The translations under genes were made by a program, and so were the position numbers. Positions 24,213 through 36,312 of a stretch of DNA of 64,000 bases are shown here, in pieces (within the stretch, counting starts at the first letter, position 1; every line of letters begins with the position of its first letter). The notes under the pieces were generated by a model. It was given only the letters and a program-made list of their open reading frames with translations. It did no database searches and was not told where the DNA came from. The DNA comes from Octopus bimaculoides (Eukaryota): contig NC_068982.1 of the NCBI RefSeq assembly GCF_001194135.2, positions 188,418,611-188,482,610 on the forward strand, in the 5' to 3' direction.

Positions 24213-26949
24213 CAATAACTAAACATATATATATATACTTATGTTTTATATATAATGTATATTATATACACATACAATTATATGCATGTGTATATATTAT
24301 ATGCACATACATATTCATATTGTGTATATACTTATATATGTGCGTGCACATTTAATAATTTTTGATGATCAAAGTAATTACCATATTTATAGACCAACTA
24401 ATACAGCTTAAAAGCTTTGAAGTTGAAATCATCATCAACAGTAAACAGACAACTTCCTCTCCTACTCACTATGTGTGTGTATGGATGTAAGATAGATAGA
24501 TAGACATAGATAGATAGATACATAGATAGATAGATAGACACACCATGACTCCTTCCATTGGCCAACTGCTGTCAGCTTCAAAGCTGTGGTGATAAAAGTT
24601 GTCTATTTTTTTTCCATGCCTCATTTGAACAAACATGCTAATATGTCACTAACCACACACACCTACACATTTAATGTACTACATGTGTACACATTACAGC
24701 TGGTCATTAACTCACTTGTGTTCATAAAACAGTGACAAACTGGTGTTGCAAGCTTTCTCATATGACAAGCTTTCTCAAAATGTATCTTGCAGTTTTGTGG
24801 TTCTCTTACAATATATCTACATTAAGCAAGATATACAGTATGCTATTCTGAACTAATACTGCTTTTGTCACTAATGATAATAATAATTGTATGTCTTACA
24901 GAGGAGATGATAAGGGACTGAAACATCTGGCAGTTTGTTGTACTTGAGGAGACATATGAAGTTAAGTAAAACCGTGGTCACCCATGAACACAGGTATGTC
25001 TTCTACATCTGTCTCAGGCAAGAGATCCCAGTTTTGTGGGCTTGTGGATGTTGGTGCCCTGTAAATACACCCATGTCGGTGCTGCGTAACAGTTTTTGTG
25101 CCTGTGTCACATAAAAGTGCCCATGCTGGTGCCACGTTATAAGTACCCTGTACACTCTGTGAATTGGTTAGCATTTACTAGGGGTCTCCAGTTGTAGAAA
25201 CCATACCAAATCAGAGAAATGGAACCTTTGAATGCTTTGACTGAAGAGGTTTAATAAAATTGAAATATGCCTGTTCCTTTCACCAGTTAGCTTTAAAGAC
25301 CAGATCCATTCCCATCTACATCGTCTTTATTTATTTATTTTATTTTTTTCAGTTTTTGGTTTATTTTCAAAACAAAAATTTAAAAAGGAAAACTTTTGTA
25401 TCTTATAACAGTTATCTCCCTTTTTTATTGCTTTTAGATTTCGAATCCTTTATAGCAAGGATCATCGAAGTGATCGATATTGATCACTGGGAGTGGTTGT
25501 GTGACTATTCAAGGAGTTATTAAAAACTTGAAACGATCTTCAGCATTAAGGGTGCTGAATTATTAGCAGACTTAATGTAAGAGAGTGCAATAATTCAAAG
25601 CTAAACGCACTAATTTCGAACCAAATATCTCTGCAATAATAAATAGTATTCACCACAACATTTAATTCACGTTAAATATTCACTCAATCAATCATTGAAT
25701 CTTTGTATTTTCATTAAATTTCTTTAGATATAATTTTTGTTGATCATACGTTTTATTTCGGGGCTCGATAAGTTAGTTATCAACGATTCCGTGAAGGGGT
25801 CAATAATATAAGAAGTTTGCCGACCCCTCATCTAAAGTGAGTTCTTGAATATCAGTTACATAGATAATCTCCTTTAATCGAAATAGCTTTCCTATTTATT
25901 ATATTGTATAGATGGATATGTATTAAGTATATTAAGTGGCTCTCCAGAGGGATTTATCATCAGTTATATGATTAAGTCTGATTAATAATTATAATTGACT
26001 ACGTCATAGTGAGAATTAAAAATGTAAGAAGTTTTAGCTCTAAGCACAATGTACACACTATTTTACGTATTGAATACTTGGTTGGCCACATTTGTAAACA
26101 CACCAATATCCGCCAACTGCCTACATACATCCTTCCTAATATCTGGTGAGACAGACGTGTCCAACGCACCCACGAAACATTAAGTCATGTGAATTTGACT
26201 CAAACTGTTACTATATATATATATATAACGTATGTATATGGATGAGTTAATCCAACTCAAGGTTACATAGGAAATCCTTTTCTGACCGAGTATAAGAAGC
26301 TGTGTTTGTTAAATCTGCCTAATCTCAGGTCTAAGCAGCCGCATCGCAATAATTCAACATCACAACTAACGCACTGTAAAGATAATACAGAACAAATTAG
26401 CGAGTGGAGCAGTTATTCTGATCGATGTTTAGATGTTATTTTCCCCAGACATGAAGAAGTCATCGACCTAACCAGAACTTTCCATTTAACATTAACAGAG
26501 CCGAGCCGAAGCATCAACATAGTCAAACTACGGGAAGAACGGGTAGCTAAAGTTAAACATCGTGTAGTATAGTATGATATATTTAATTCACTCTTTGGAG
26601 CAGATTAACGCCACGTCGACATAATTTGATTTTATATATATTGACAGATTATTTTATATCGTCGTAAACTATTTATTACTGCTTTTTTTCTCTTCGAAAT
26701 TTTGCCATTTTGTCCTTAATTCTCATTTGAGACGGATTTTGTCCTAAAATCAAGGATTACGAAACGAAACATCTGGATGTTCTGTTTCTTTTCTCGACAC
26801 TTTACAAGTTTCCTGATAAACGGCGCATTTATTATAATTGGTAAGCATCGACATCACCAGGTTGAGCCACACTAACCAAGAAATAAGAGAGACTGGAGAG
26901 AAGCGGACTCGATAGTTTGACCAACCTTGGTAACATTCGGTTGCCTTTG

Positions 26950-27330
26950 GAGAGAGAGTGAGGAAAGACAAGAAGGAGGAAGTAATAGAGAGAGGGGAAA
27001 ACGAGAGGATTTGAAGGAGAAAGAAGAAAACAACGTTATAGGGAGGGTGAGAGAGAAAGAGAGAGAGTTGTAAGGAGGGCGAGAGAGAAAGAGTAAGTCG
27101 GAGTGAAGGAGGGAGATATTTAAAGAGAGAGAAGAGTTGAGTGTCATTAAAAGAAAGGGTAGAAGGAAATAAGAAAGAAGAAAAAGGAAATCGACGAAGC
27201 ATTAAAAGCTGGAATATTTTAGGACAACAAGAAAATAATATTAGAATATTTGAGGCAAGAATATTTTGGTGAACGGTTGATAGTAAGAACGTTGTGAGGA
27301 GGAAAGAATAAAGAAGACTCTTCGATAAGA
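26950..27330 (+). other. Purine (GA)-rich leader, likely RCAN 5' UTR
   Basis: Unique, strongly A/G-biased sequence directly upstream of the RCAN ATGs. Confidence 0.45.
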
Positions 27331-27375
27331 ATGTGTATCAAAAGCTGTGAAGAAGCGAGGAGAAATTCACTGAAT

Positions 27376-27825
27376 ATGGCTGACAACGACATAAATGAGG
27401 AATCTCTTGGTGTCGGCGGTGGTGGTCACGGTGTAGGAGGAGGAGGAGGCGGCGGCGGCGGTGGTGGCGGCGGTGGTGGAATGAATCAAAATACACAACA
27501 GACTCTCACGAATGGCAACCCAACAGGGATTACTGGATACCATCATCACCCGATGAATAACAACAGTAACATGACGAGCCATAATAATTCCACAGCAACC
27601 AATGCTGCTGCTAATGCCTGTTCTAGCGCCGAAAGGAACGGCGGAGTCCAGTCGTTAAACGATGACCATCACAACAATCATCAACCTCACCAAATCGATT
27701 TCGATGAGGACGATATTGATGATGGCGTTGAAGATGATTCCGATGGGGACATGACGGCCTCACTGCCGAAAGCTCTTATCGTTACAGGGTTAGACACTGC
27801 CATTTTCGAAGATATAGACTGTAAG
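27376..27825 (+). CDS. RCAN: RCAN/calcipressin (regulator of calcineurin; sarah/DSCR1-like) first coding exon; alternative in-frame ATG at 27331
   Basis: Exon ends SLPKALIVTGLDTAIFEDIDCK|GTGAG. This resembles the RCAN RRM start (fly DLPTSIIVTNIHSEVF..., worm DLPNAIIVTQVPEDVF...), with the family-typical phase-0 intron position. Preceded by a poly-Gly/His/Asn/acidic extension. Downstream exons were not found in the window. Confidence 0.8.
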
Positions 27826-28228
27826 GTGAGTTCGGTTTATATTTTTGTAAATGACTTATTAAAAACTATTTCTAAAGAACCTAACACCATTGCTCCCTCT
27901 CACCCTCATCTAATAAATAATATTGGTACAGTAGCAGAGGTGGTTATAAAGCAGGTATACCACCAAGGCTCTCGGGTGAATTTACACCTTAATTACACCA
28001 CAATCTTCACAACAGGCATTGGAAGTTGATTACGCATTCAAATTGCTAAGAAATATGCTTTGCATTAACGAAACTATTGAATAATTTAATGATTGTTTTC
28101 ATATAAAGTCTGTAAGTGAATGCAAGAACTTGAAAACGAAAATATATTTGAATGGTTTGGACCAAACGCTTGCGCTTCTTCGGGTCTGGTGTCAAAAACT
28201 TGTAAGTTTGTGTGTGTATGAAAATATA

Positions 28229-28264
<36 letters not shown>

Positions 28265-28266
28265 CG

Positions 28267-28301
<35 letters not shown>

Positions 28302-29899
28302 TTGACTTTGGTTTGAAATATATATGTCTGTGTGTGGTGTTTGCGTGGGATAGTACCTGCTTTAGCATTCCACTTAGCGCAATATTTACTCTGCTAATCC
28401 ATATATATATCTATAGAAACGGTCGTGGTAATGTTTCGTTAGGAGGCGAGACTTCTTTTTATTTATCTATTTTTTTTAGAGGAGTGGCTGGCTATTTTAT
28501 TGGCAATTTATTTTTATTCACTCCTGAGGAATGAAAGGTAAAAGTTGAAGTAACACAGAGAAATTAGTGTTTGTTTTAATGCATCTAAGATGTATAAATA
28601 TGGATTGGTTCCGTTGTTAATCGTTTGTCAGCCAGCAGCTGACTGGTTTCGTATCGAAGTTGGCGAGGGGCGGGGGAGGAATCAATAATATATTAAAACG
28701 ATTCTACCCACATACATTGACGTTTGATTGAGTGTGTGTGTGTGTGTGTAATTGAAAGGAATAATTATTTCGTTTATATGTAATGCAAATATTTCTTCGT
28801 GCAAAGAGTTTTGCAAAGAGCTCAATGAAGTAGAAAAAGAATCACCTCGGAAGTGATCATACATACATACATTCATACACACGCGCACATGCACATAGTC
28901 ACACACAAACAAACAAACACGGTGTTGTACAATTTGTAAATAACAACACTGGGTGAAAATATCGACCAAGTCCTTAACATTTATGTGTGTGCTTGTATGT
29001 GCTGCTGATGCTGCTAATAATAATAATATGTTGAAAACGATAATGTTGACTACTTAATAATAATAATAATAACAATAATAATAATAATAATAATGATGTT
29101 GACTGATGATGATGATGATGGTAAATTGTCATGTCGCTATGTGAAACAGGTTTGTTTTCGTAAGATGACATTTCTCGCGACTCCGACTACAACAGATCTC
29201 AGTCTCTGGCTGCTAATTTTTTGGGTTCCATGTGTTTGACGAGAGCTGCTTTTTCCTCTTTTCTTCCTCTTTCATTCCTTGTTGCTATCTGTCGCTGTCC
29301 ATTCTTCCTCTTTCCGATCCGCCCATCGTTCTGTCCACCCACGCGCTTCTCTCGCGACTCTTGCCAACGTTTGTAGAGTTTAAATATCACACCTGATTGA
29401 AAACGATGTCCGTTCATTGACATATTCACGGGCGCATATACACACACACACATCGCATTGGTTTCATAGCAACGAGCCTCGGAGAAAAGCTTGTTATTGT
29501 GTTTAAATTTATTTGGTTGACCAAAACAAACAAACTCGAAACGAATGTTACTGACTCCCTTTTTCTCCCACAACTCTATACAGTTTGGATTTGTCTTTTT
29601 TTTCTAAGTATTTTTTTTTATTGTAACTTATCCGTAACTGCCACTTGTATGCAAATGTCGGTCGTATTGCAAGTTCAGTTCTTCTCTCTGTCGCAGCTGC
29701 AGATGATGTCAGATCTAAAATATTGTTTGGATAATAACCGAGTTTACTGCCCCTTGCCATACCGTCTTCAGCTTGGGTCCAGCAAATGCCATTTGTGTTA
29801 GTTATGTGAAGTAGGATGTCTTAGTAGCAGAAAGAACATTGAAGCCAAACTAAGGAACTATGCAGGAGTTTTTACATATTACCATCTGTGATATGTGAA

Positions 29900-30245
29900 A
29901 TTCAGAGCTGAAAAGGGACCCCAGTTTAAAATTTTGAAGTGGACTGTGACGGTGGAAGAATGTTGCAACATAATAGGGGTCCCAGATTTAAACTATAATT
30001 TCATATTTTCTATTATGATGTAGAGTATGATGGTAGAGGCATGTTCACAACATAGCAGGGGACTCCAATTTTAAACTCTCTCAATCTCCTTTTATCTCTG
30101 CTGTGAACCTGGACTGTGATGATGGGGGAATGCTTTAACATAACAACAGACCCCAGTTTTAAACTCCCACTCCTTATCTCAGCTGTGAACTTGGCCTATG
30201 ATGGTGGAGGTGTGTTGTAACATAGCAGGATTCTCAGATTTTAAC
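29900..30245. repeat. Degenerate ~60-70-bp tandem repeat, ~5 units
   Basis: Recurring gaccccag(t)tttaaact...gctgtgaac(c/t)tgg(a/c)ct(g/a)tgatg(a/g)tgg...aacatagcagg motif. Confidence 0.6.
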
Positions 30246-32734
30246 TTTGCCTTTATTTTTAGATGAGTAAGGGCCAGCTCTATAAAGACAAATAGCACAA
30301 CAAAATATTGAGTTACCCCTAAACCAAGGCCTGCTCTAAATGGTTGTAACAGAGTTGACCCGAGTAATGGTACATAACACCCAATAATCTCTTTTATTCT
30401 TTTACTTGTTTCAGTCATTTGACTGCGGCCATGATGGAGCACCGCCTTTTAGTCGAGTAAATCAACCCTAGGACTTATTCTTTGTTAACCTAGTACTTAT
30501 TCTATCGGTCTCCTTTTGCCGAACCGCTAAGTTATGGGGACGTAAACACACCAGCATCGGTTGTGAAGCGATGTTGTGGGGGACAAACACAGACACACAA
30601 ACATATACACATACATATATCATCATCATCATCATCATCGTTTAACGTCCGCTTTCCATGCTAGCATGGGTTGGACGATTTGACTGAGGACTGGTGAAAC
30701 CGGATGGCAACACCAGGCTCCAGTCTGATTTGGCAGAGTTTCTACAGCTGGATGCCCTTCCTAACGCCATGCCCTTCATATATATATATAGATAGATAGA
30801 TAGATACAACAGGCTTCTTTCAGTTTCCGTTTACCAAATCCACTCACAAGGCTTTGGTTAGCCCGAGGCTATAGTAGATGACACTTGCCCAAGGTGCCAC
30901 GCAGTGGGACTGAACCTGGAACCATGTGGTTGGTCAGCAAGCTACTTACCACACAGCCACTCCTGTGCCTAATGTTTCAACTAATCTATGGATTAAGTCA
31001 AACTGAACGGGAATATGCTGAAGATAACAACACATAACAATGGCTTCAGTGAACTATTACACAGTGTATGCATATATTTAGGGCCCCAAAAGAAAAGGAA
31101 TCACATAGAGTTTCTTCTGGTGTGAGTTTACCTTGGGGTAAATAATAAATTACAACAGTTTCTTGAAAATGAATTAAAATACATCATCATCATTTAATGT
31201 CCATTGTCCATACTGGCATGAGTTGGACAGTTTGACCAGGGTTGGCAAACCGGTAGGCTGCACCGGACTTCAGTCTGGTTTGGCATAGTTTCTTCAGCCG
31301 GATGTGCTTCCTAATGCCAACCACTAAAATATATAGAAATTTTATATTTTGTCCTATTTCAATAATTAGAGTCAAATGACTTGCTCATGTAGCTTATTGC
31401 TGATTCAGCATAATCACCATCATCATTATCATGATTCTAATGTCCACTTTTGTATGGGTCAGACAGAGTTTATTAAGACAGATTTTCTATGGTTGGATGC
31501 CCTTCCTGTCACCAACCCTCAACTGTTTCCAGTAATAATTTTACTCGCTGTGAAACTCATTTAGAACTATCATGCAATGGTGAGGCAAAGAGATTCAAAC
31601 ACACACACATATATCTATATATGTGTGTGGAGGCTTCCTTCAGTTTCTGTCTGTCAAATTCATTTACAAGGCTTTGGCCAGCTCCATTGAAGTCTAATGT
31701 CGGCTCCATACCGATGAGATAATACAGTTCAATATTTAAGAGATGAGGAGTTGTGTACATTATTTACATTTGACGGAAAAATATCCATCAAATGTAAATA
31801 ATGAACATCACTAGTGTTGCTGTCATGATTAAATGCCCTCCATACATAATATAAAGTGATTGATGATAAATGATTGATGATAAGAAGGGCATCCTCTGCT
31901 AGTAACATCAATACGACTGAGTGATCTTCATTGTCTGTTAAGACATCTCCAGACTAGAAAGGTTTCAAGTTTCAGCATAAGGCCAGTGATTGTAGGAAAA
32001 GATGATTAATCAATTATATTGACCCCCACCCCCGGCTTGTTTTATCAACCCTAAAAGAATTAAGTCAATGTTGGCGGAAATTGAATTCAGACGATTAAGA
32101 GCCAGAAGAAATACTGCTAAACTTTGTCCAATGCTCTCACGTCTCTCCCAGCTCACCACTTTTGACATACCCAAAATATAATATCTGATATTGCCCATTG
32201 GTCAGCCCAATAGCAGTAACCAGCAAAGCCTTCCCAGATGAGTAACAACAATAGAGGTAGGCAGGCTGGGCTAGGCTGGGGCATTCCCTCAGTTATGGCT
32301 AGTGTACCAATCTGGTCAATGGGACAGCTTGCTCATGAAATTAACATGCAGTGCTGCTGGCATGTAAAAAGTACCATCTGAACGTGGCCGACGCCAGCAC
32401 TGCCTTGACTGGTTTCCATGCCGGTGGCACGTAAAGCGCACCAAACGATTGTGGCCGTTGCCAGCCCCCTCTGGCCCCTGTGCCAGTGGCACATAAAAAG
32501 CAGCCACNNNNNNNNNNNNNNNNNNNNNNNNNNNNNNNNNNNNNNNNNNNNNNNNNNNNNNNNNNNNNNNNNNNNNNNNNNNNNNNNNNNNNNNNNNNNN
32601 NNNNNNNNNNNNNTGCCAGATCAGATTGGAGCCTGGTGCAGCCTTCTGGCTTCCCGACCCCAGTCGAACCGTCCAACCCATGCCAGCATGGAAAGCAGAC
32701 GTTAAACGGTGATGATGATGATGATGATGGCTGA

Positions 32735-33249
32735 GTGTCTCATTGAAGATGAGGAAAGACCTATAGGAGTTGTATGAGCTGCAATGCTGTATGGGAGTGA
32801 GACATGGTGTTTGAGGGAGAGAGAGATGGCAATTTTGAGAAGGACTGAGAGAGAGCAATAATGAGAGAAATGTGTGGTGTGAGGCTGTTTGATAAGAGGA
32901 GGACTGAGGACTTGATGGGGATGCTGGGGTTGGCGGAATCAGAGGAACGACTGGCAAGGGTGAATGGAGTGAGGTGGTATGGGCATGTGTTGAGGAAGGA
33001 TGAAGAGCATGTTCTGAAGAGGGGTGCTAGAGTTTGAGGTAAATGGACAGCAAAAGCTAGGTAGACCAAGAAAAATGTGGAGGGGGCAGGTGGAGGAGGA
33101 GGAGATTGGGAGGGTTGGCTTGAGGAGGGAGGATGCCCAAAACTGGGTGAGATGGTGTGTGAGGGCAGTTGCTATGGCATTGAGGTAGATCCGGCCACCC
33201 CCCGTTAACGTGGACAAAACCCGGATTTAAAATGATGGATGATGATGAA
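32735..33249 (+). mobile_element. RTE LINE 3' end with (GAT)n tail
   Basis: MLYGSETWCLREREMAILRRTER...MCGVRLFDKRRTEDLMGMLGL...RWYGHVLRKDEEHVLKR...GRPRKMWR. Confidence 0.9.
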
Positions 33250-33639
33250 GTGGCTGAGCGTTCCACAAACACATTTACCTTAATGTAGTTCTCAGGTAGA
33301 TTCAGCGTGACACAGAGTGTGACAAGGCTGGCCCTTTGAATTACAGGTACAACTCGTTTTTGCCAGATGAGTGAACTGGAGCAATGTGAAATGAAGTGTC
33401 TTGCTCAAAGACACAACACACCACCAGGAATTGAACTAACAACCAAATGATTTTGAGCTGAATACACTAACCCCTAAGCCATGGACCTTCATTAGGGAGA
33501 GATAAGTAGAATGTGTCCATAAATCTCCTCTTTACTCTTATGCTCACGGCACAAGATGTTTTGAGCCCTCACAAAAAGCCTGATGTATGTATTATCTGTG
33601 TGATCTTGATGTTCTTCCTTTGTAGTTCAGGTTTCAACT

Positions 33640-34130
33640 CCGTAGAAAAGAATGCTCTCAACACATGCGCCCTGAAGAGAAACTAATCTTGTTGACCTTA
33701 AAGCACCTAATTTGCCAGATGTTTTGAAGGTTGTTACAGATACTCCTGGCTAAGCCCTTGCATATCCGGGAGTCTTTCTTACTGTCACCAATATAAGACT
33801 CAAGGTACTTGAAGTCTCCAACCTCCTCATGTTGTATTCCATCAAGAAAACAAATTACCGGGTGACATTCCTCTTCATTGGTGATGTGTTCATTGGTCTC
33901 CTTTGCAGTGAGAAATGGACCAATTTTAGCTGCAGCATTCTCACAGAATGTTAACAAGTCTTATACGTCACACAGTTGATGAGTTGTGAGCACAACATCC
34001 TCAACATAATCAAGATCAGAGAGATACAGGATCTGAAGATGTCTTGATTGCTTCTGCTTGATGATGAGGCCTTTATTGTGAATGGTGGCCAAGACCTTGC
34101 TTAAGGATATCATTCACAACATTCATGAAG
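33640..34130 (-). mobile_element. Degenerate RTE-like LINE RT fragment
   Basis: LSDLDYVEDVVL (degenerate YADD) followed by DFKYLESYIGDSKKD..ICKGLA. Confidence 0.7.
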
Positions 34131-35593
34131 AGAAATAGAACTAGGGTGTCTCTCTGAAGGGTTACTCTTTTACTTGTTTCAGTCATTTGACTGTGGCCAT
34201 GCTGGAGCACTGCCTTTAGCCGAGCAAATTGACCCTAGGACTTATTCTTTGTAAGCCTAGTACTTATTCTATCGGTCTCTTTTGCCAAACTGCTAAGTTA
34301 CGGGGACATAAACACACCAGCATCGGTTGTGAAGCAATGCTAGGGGGACAAACACAGACACACAAACATATACACACACATATATGTATATACATATATA
34401 TGACGGGCTTCTTTCAGTTTCCGTCTACCAAATCCACTCACAAGGCTTTGGTCGGCCCGAGGCTATAGTAGAAGATACTTGCCTAAGGTGCCACGCAGTG
34501 GGACTGAACCCGGAACCATGTGGTTGGTAAGCAAGCTACTTACCACACAGCCACTCCTACGCCTATATGTTGATGCAAACTCTTTAGCTGGAGCACCAGG
34601 GCTCAACACAAAGAATGGTGATGACGCTGGCTTTGACAATCTCATCTGGGATGGTACTTATAGTTCAATAGGATATGTTCCATCGCTTTTTTGTTGTCTT
34701 GGAAAAATCCACAGAAGCACTGCCTATATTTCTTCTTGTTTGTTTTGTAAACCTTGAAAGAATAGGTCAAAGATGTTGAGATTAAGGTAACAGTAGGTAT
34801 TATGGTCGACCATTTACGTGGCACACTTAACACCATGGATAGGGACCAGATAATCTGGAGAGGTTTCCTGAAATAGACTGGCACCCTATCCAGGAGCAGC
34901 TTTAACTCTCATCTACTGAAGGCCTTGAAACTTAAGCTCAGGGTTTATGAGTTTATATACCAAGCAACAGAGCAGGAGAAAAAGATTGACATTTTAAAGG
35001 AATAAATAATAAATTAGAAATGGATAATTGGTTTGCTTGTGTACATTGCCAATATCAAATTGTTTTCATACAACAATAAATAGAACCATTTCTACACAAT
35101 ATTGAGGTGAGAGGGCGTTGGGGAGTGGGGGAGATGTGCTTTAGACAGTTTCATGTCACTGGGTGCTTATCTCTCTTATCTCTTGTGCATCTTTTACAGA
35201 TGCAAGGCTTTCCATAGGTCTTGTTTAGTTATATGCTGCTTGGCACTTGAACAACTAGCTGGGCCACTGGGTACAACTGACACACACCGGTTCACGGCTT
35301 GTTATAGCAACTCACTTCCTCAATACTTGTAGTATTTGACCTCAAAAGAATGAAAAAAATGTTGGCATTAATAAGATGCTTATTTCCTTTAGACCAATGG
35401 TTCTCAACCATTTTATTACCCATGAACTTTTTTGATTCCTATTTTACTCCACCAGACCTTCACATCCATTTAATGTTTAAAAAATCCTTTTTCATTTTTA
35501 GTATTGAATATTATTAGAAATTGTATACAAAATTTATAGAGACGTACTTGCATAGCAAGTGACCTGATCTGAAATCGTGTGCTGAAACAAAAA

Positions 35594-36312
35594 CAGTTGC
35601 TGCGTGGAAGGTGTTTATAGTTGGCACTCCATCGCTTACGACGTCGAGGGTTCCAGTTGATCCAATCAACGGAACAGCCTGTTCGTGAAATTAACGTGCA
35701 AGTGGCTGAGCACTCCACAGACACGTGTACCCTTAACGCAGTTCTCGAGGGAGATTCAGCGTGACACATAATGTGACAAGGCTGACCCTTTGAATTACAG
35801 GTACAACAGAAGCAGGAAGAAAGAGTGAGAGAAAGTTATGGTGAAAGAGTACAGCAGGGTTCGCCACCATCCCCTGCCAGAGCCTCGTGGAGCTTTTAGG
35901 TGTTTTCGCTCAATAAACACTGACAACACCCGGTCTGGGAATCGAAACCGCGATCCTATGACCGCGAGTTCGCTGCTCTAACCACTGGGCCATTGCGCCT
36001 CCACTGGAAGGTGTTTATAAGCCATTTAAAAAACACACAAAAACCATTAGATTCACTTCAACATTTAAATTTTATTTGCCAAAATATTTTCGTCACTTTG
36101 AGACCACGACCTGTTCACTGACAAAATTCTGTGATGCATCTCTTATATGCACACATACATACATACGTATGTACGGAATTTTGTCAGTGAACAGGTCGTG
36201 GTCTCAAAGTGACGAAAATATTTTGACACAAATTAGATTTAAATGTTGAAATGAATCTAACAGTTTTTGTGTGGTTTTAAATGGCTTATAAACACCTTCC
36301 ACGCTGCAATTG
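35594..36312. mobile_element. Palindromic MITE-like host element of the SINE above
   Basis: ~125-bp arms 36005-36129 and 36176-36301, extended by cagttgctgcg (35594) / cgctgcaattg (36312). Confidence 0.8.
35620..36004 (-). mobile_element. Full-length tRNA-derived SINE family C with 15-bp target-site duplication
   Basis: Head gtggaggcgcaatggcccagtggttagagcagcg...gtttcgattccc. TSD tggaaggtgtttata at 35605-35619 and 36005-36019. Other family C copies at ~19490-19737, 23330-23680, 33250-33480, 36900-37140, 39835-40140, 58010-58280. Confidence 0.92.

Noticed and set aside
26060-26572. Protein-like stretches upstream of RCAN on both strands
   Set aside because: In-frame stops and no coherent acceptor/donor pairs; not supportable as exons.
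11000-26600. Search for C2orf69 (third neighbour of TYW5 in human)
   Set aside because: No YFPGDVQ/GFSKG/WLDGGH-like motifs seen by eye; the synteny appears limited to MAIP1-TYW5, though gaps could hide it.
26750-27202. 150-aa hydrophobic minus-strand ORF
   Set aside because: Antisense read of the GA-rich RCAN leader; low-complexity F/L/S composition.
28974-29171. Minus ORF with His run and Leu run resembling a signal peptide
   Set aside because: Both runs are (CAT)n/(TTA)n microsatellites; the ORF stops quickly with no donor.
35930-36004. tRNA-like sequences (also heads of SINE A/E/F)
   Set aside because: A/B-box-bearing SINE heads continuing into SINE bodies; not bona fide tRNA genes.
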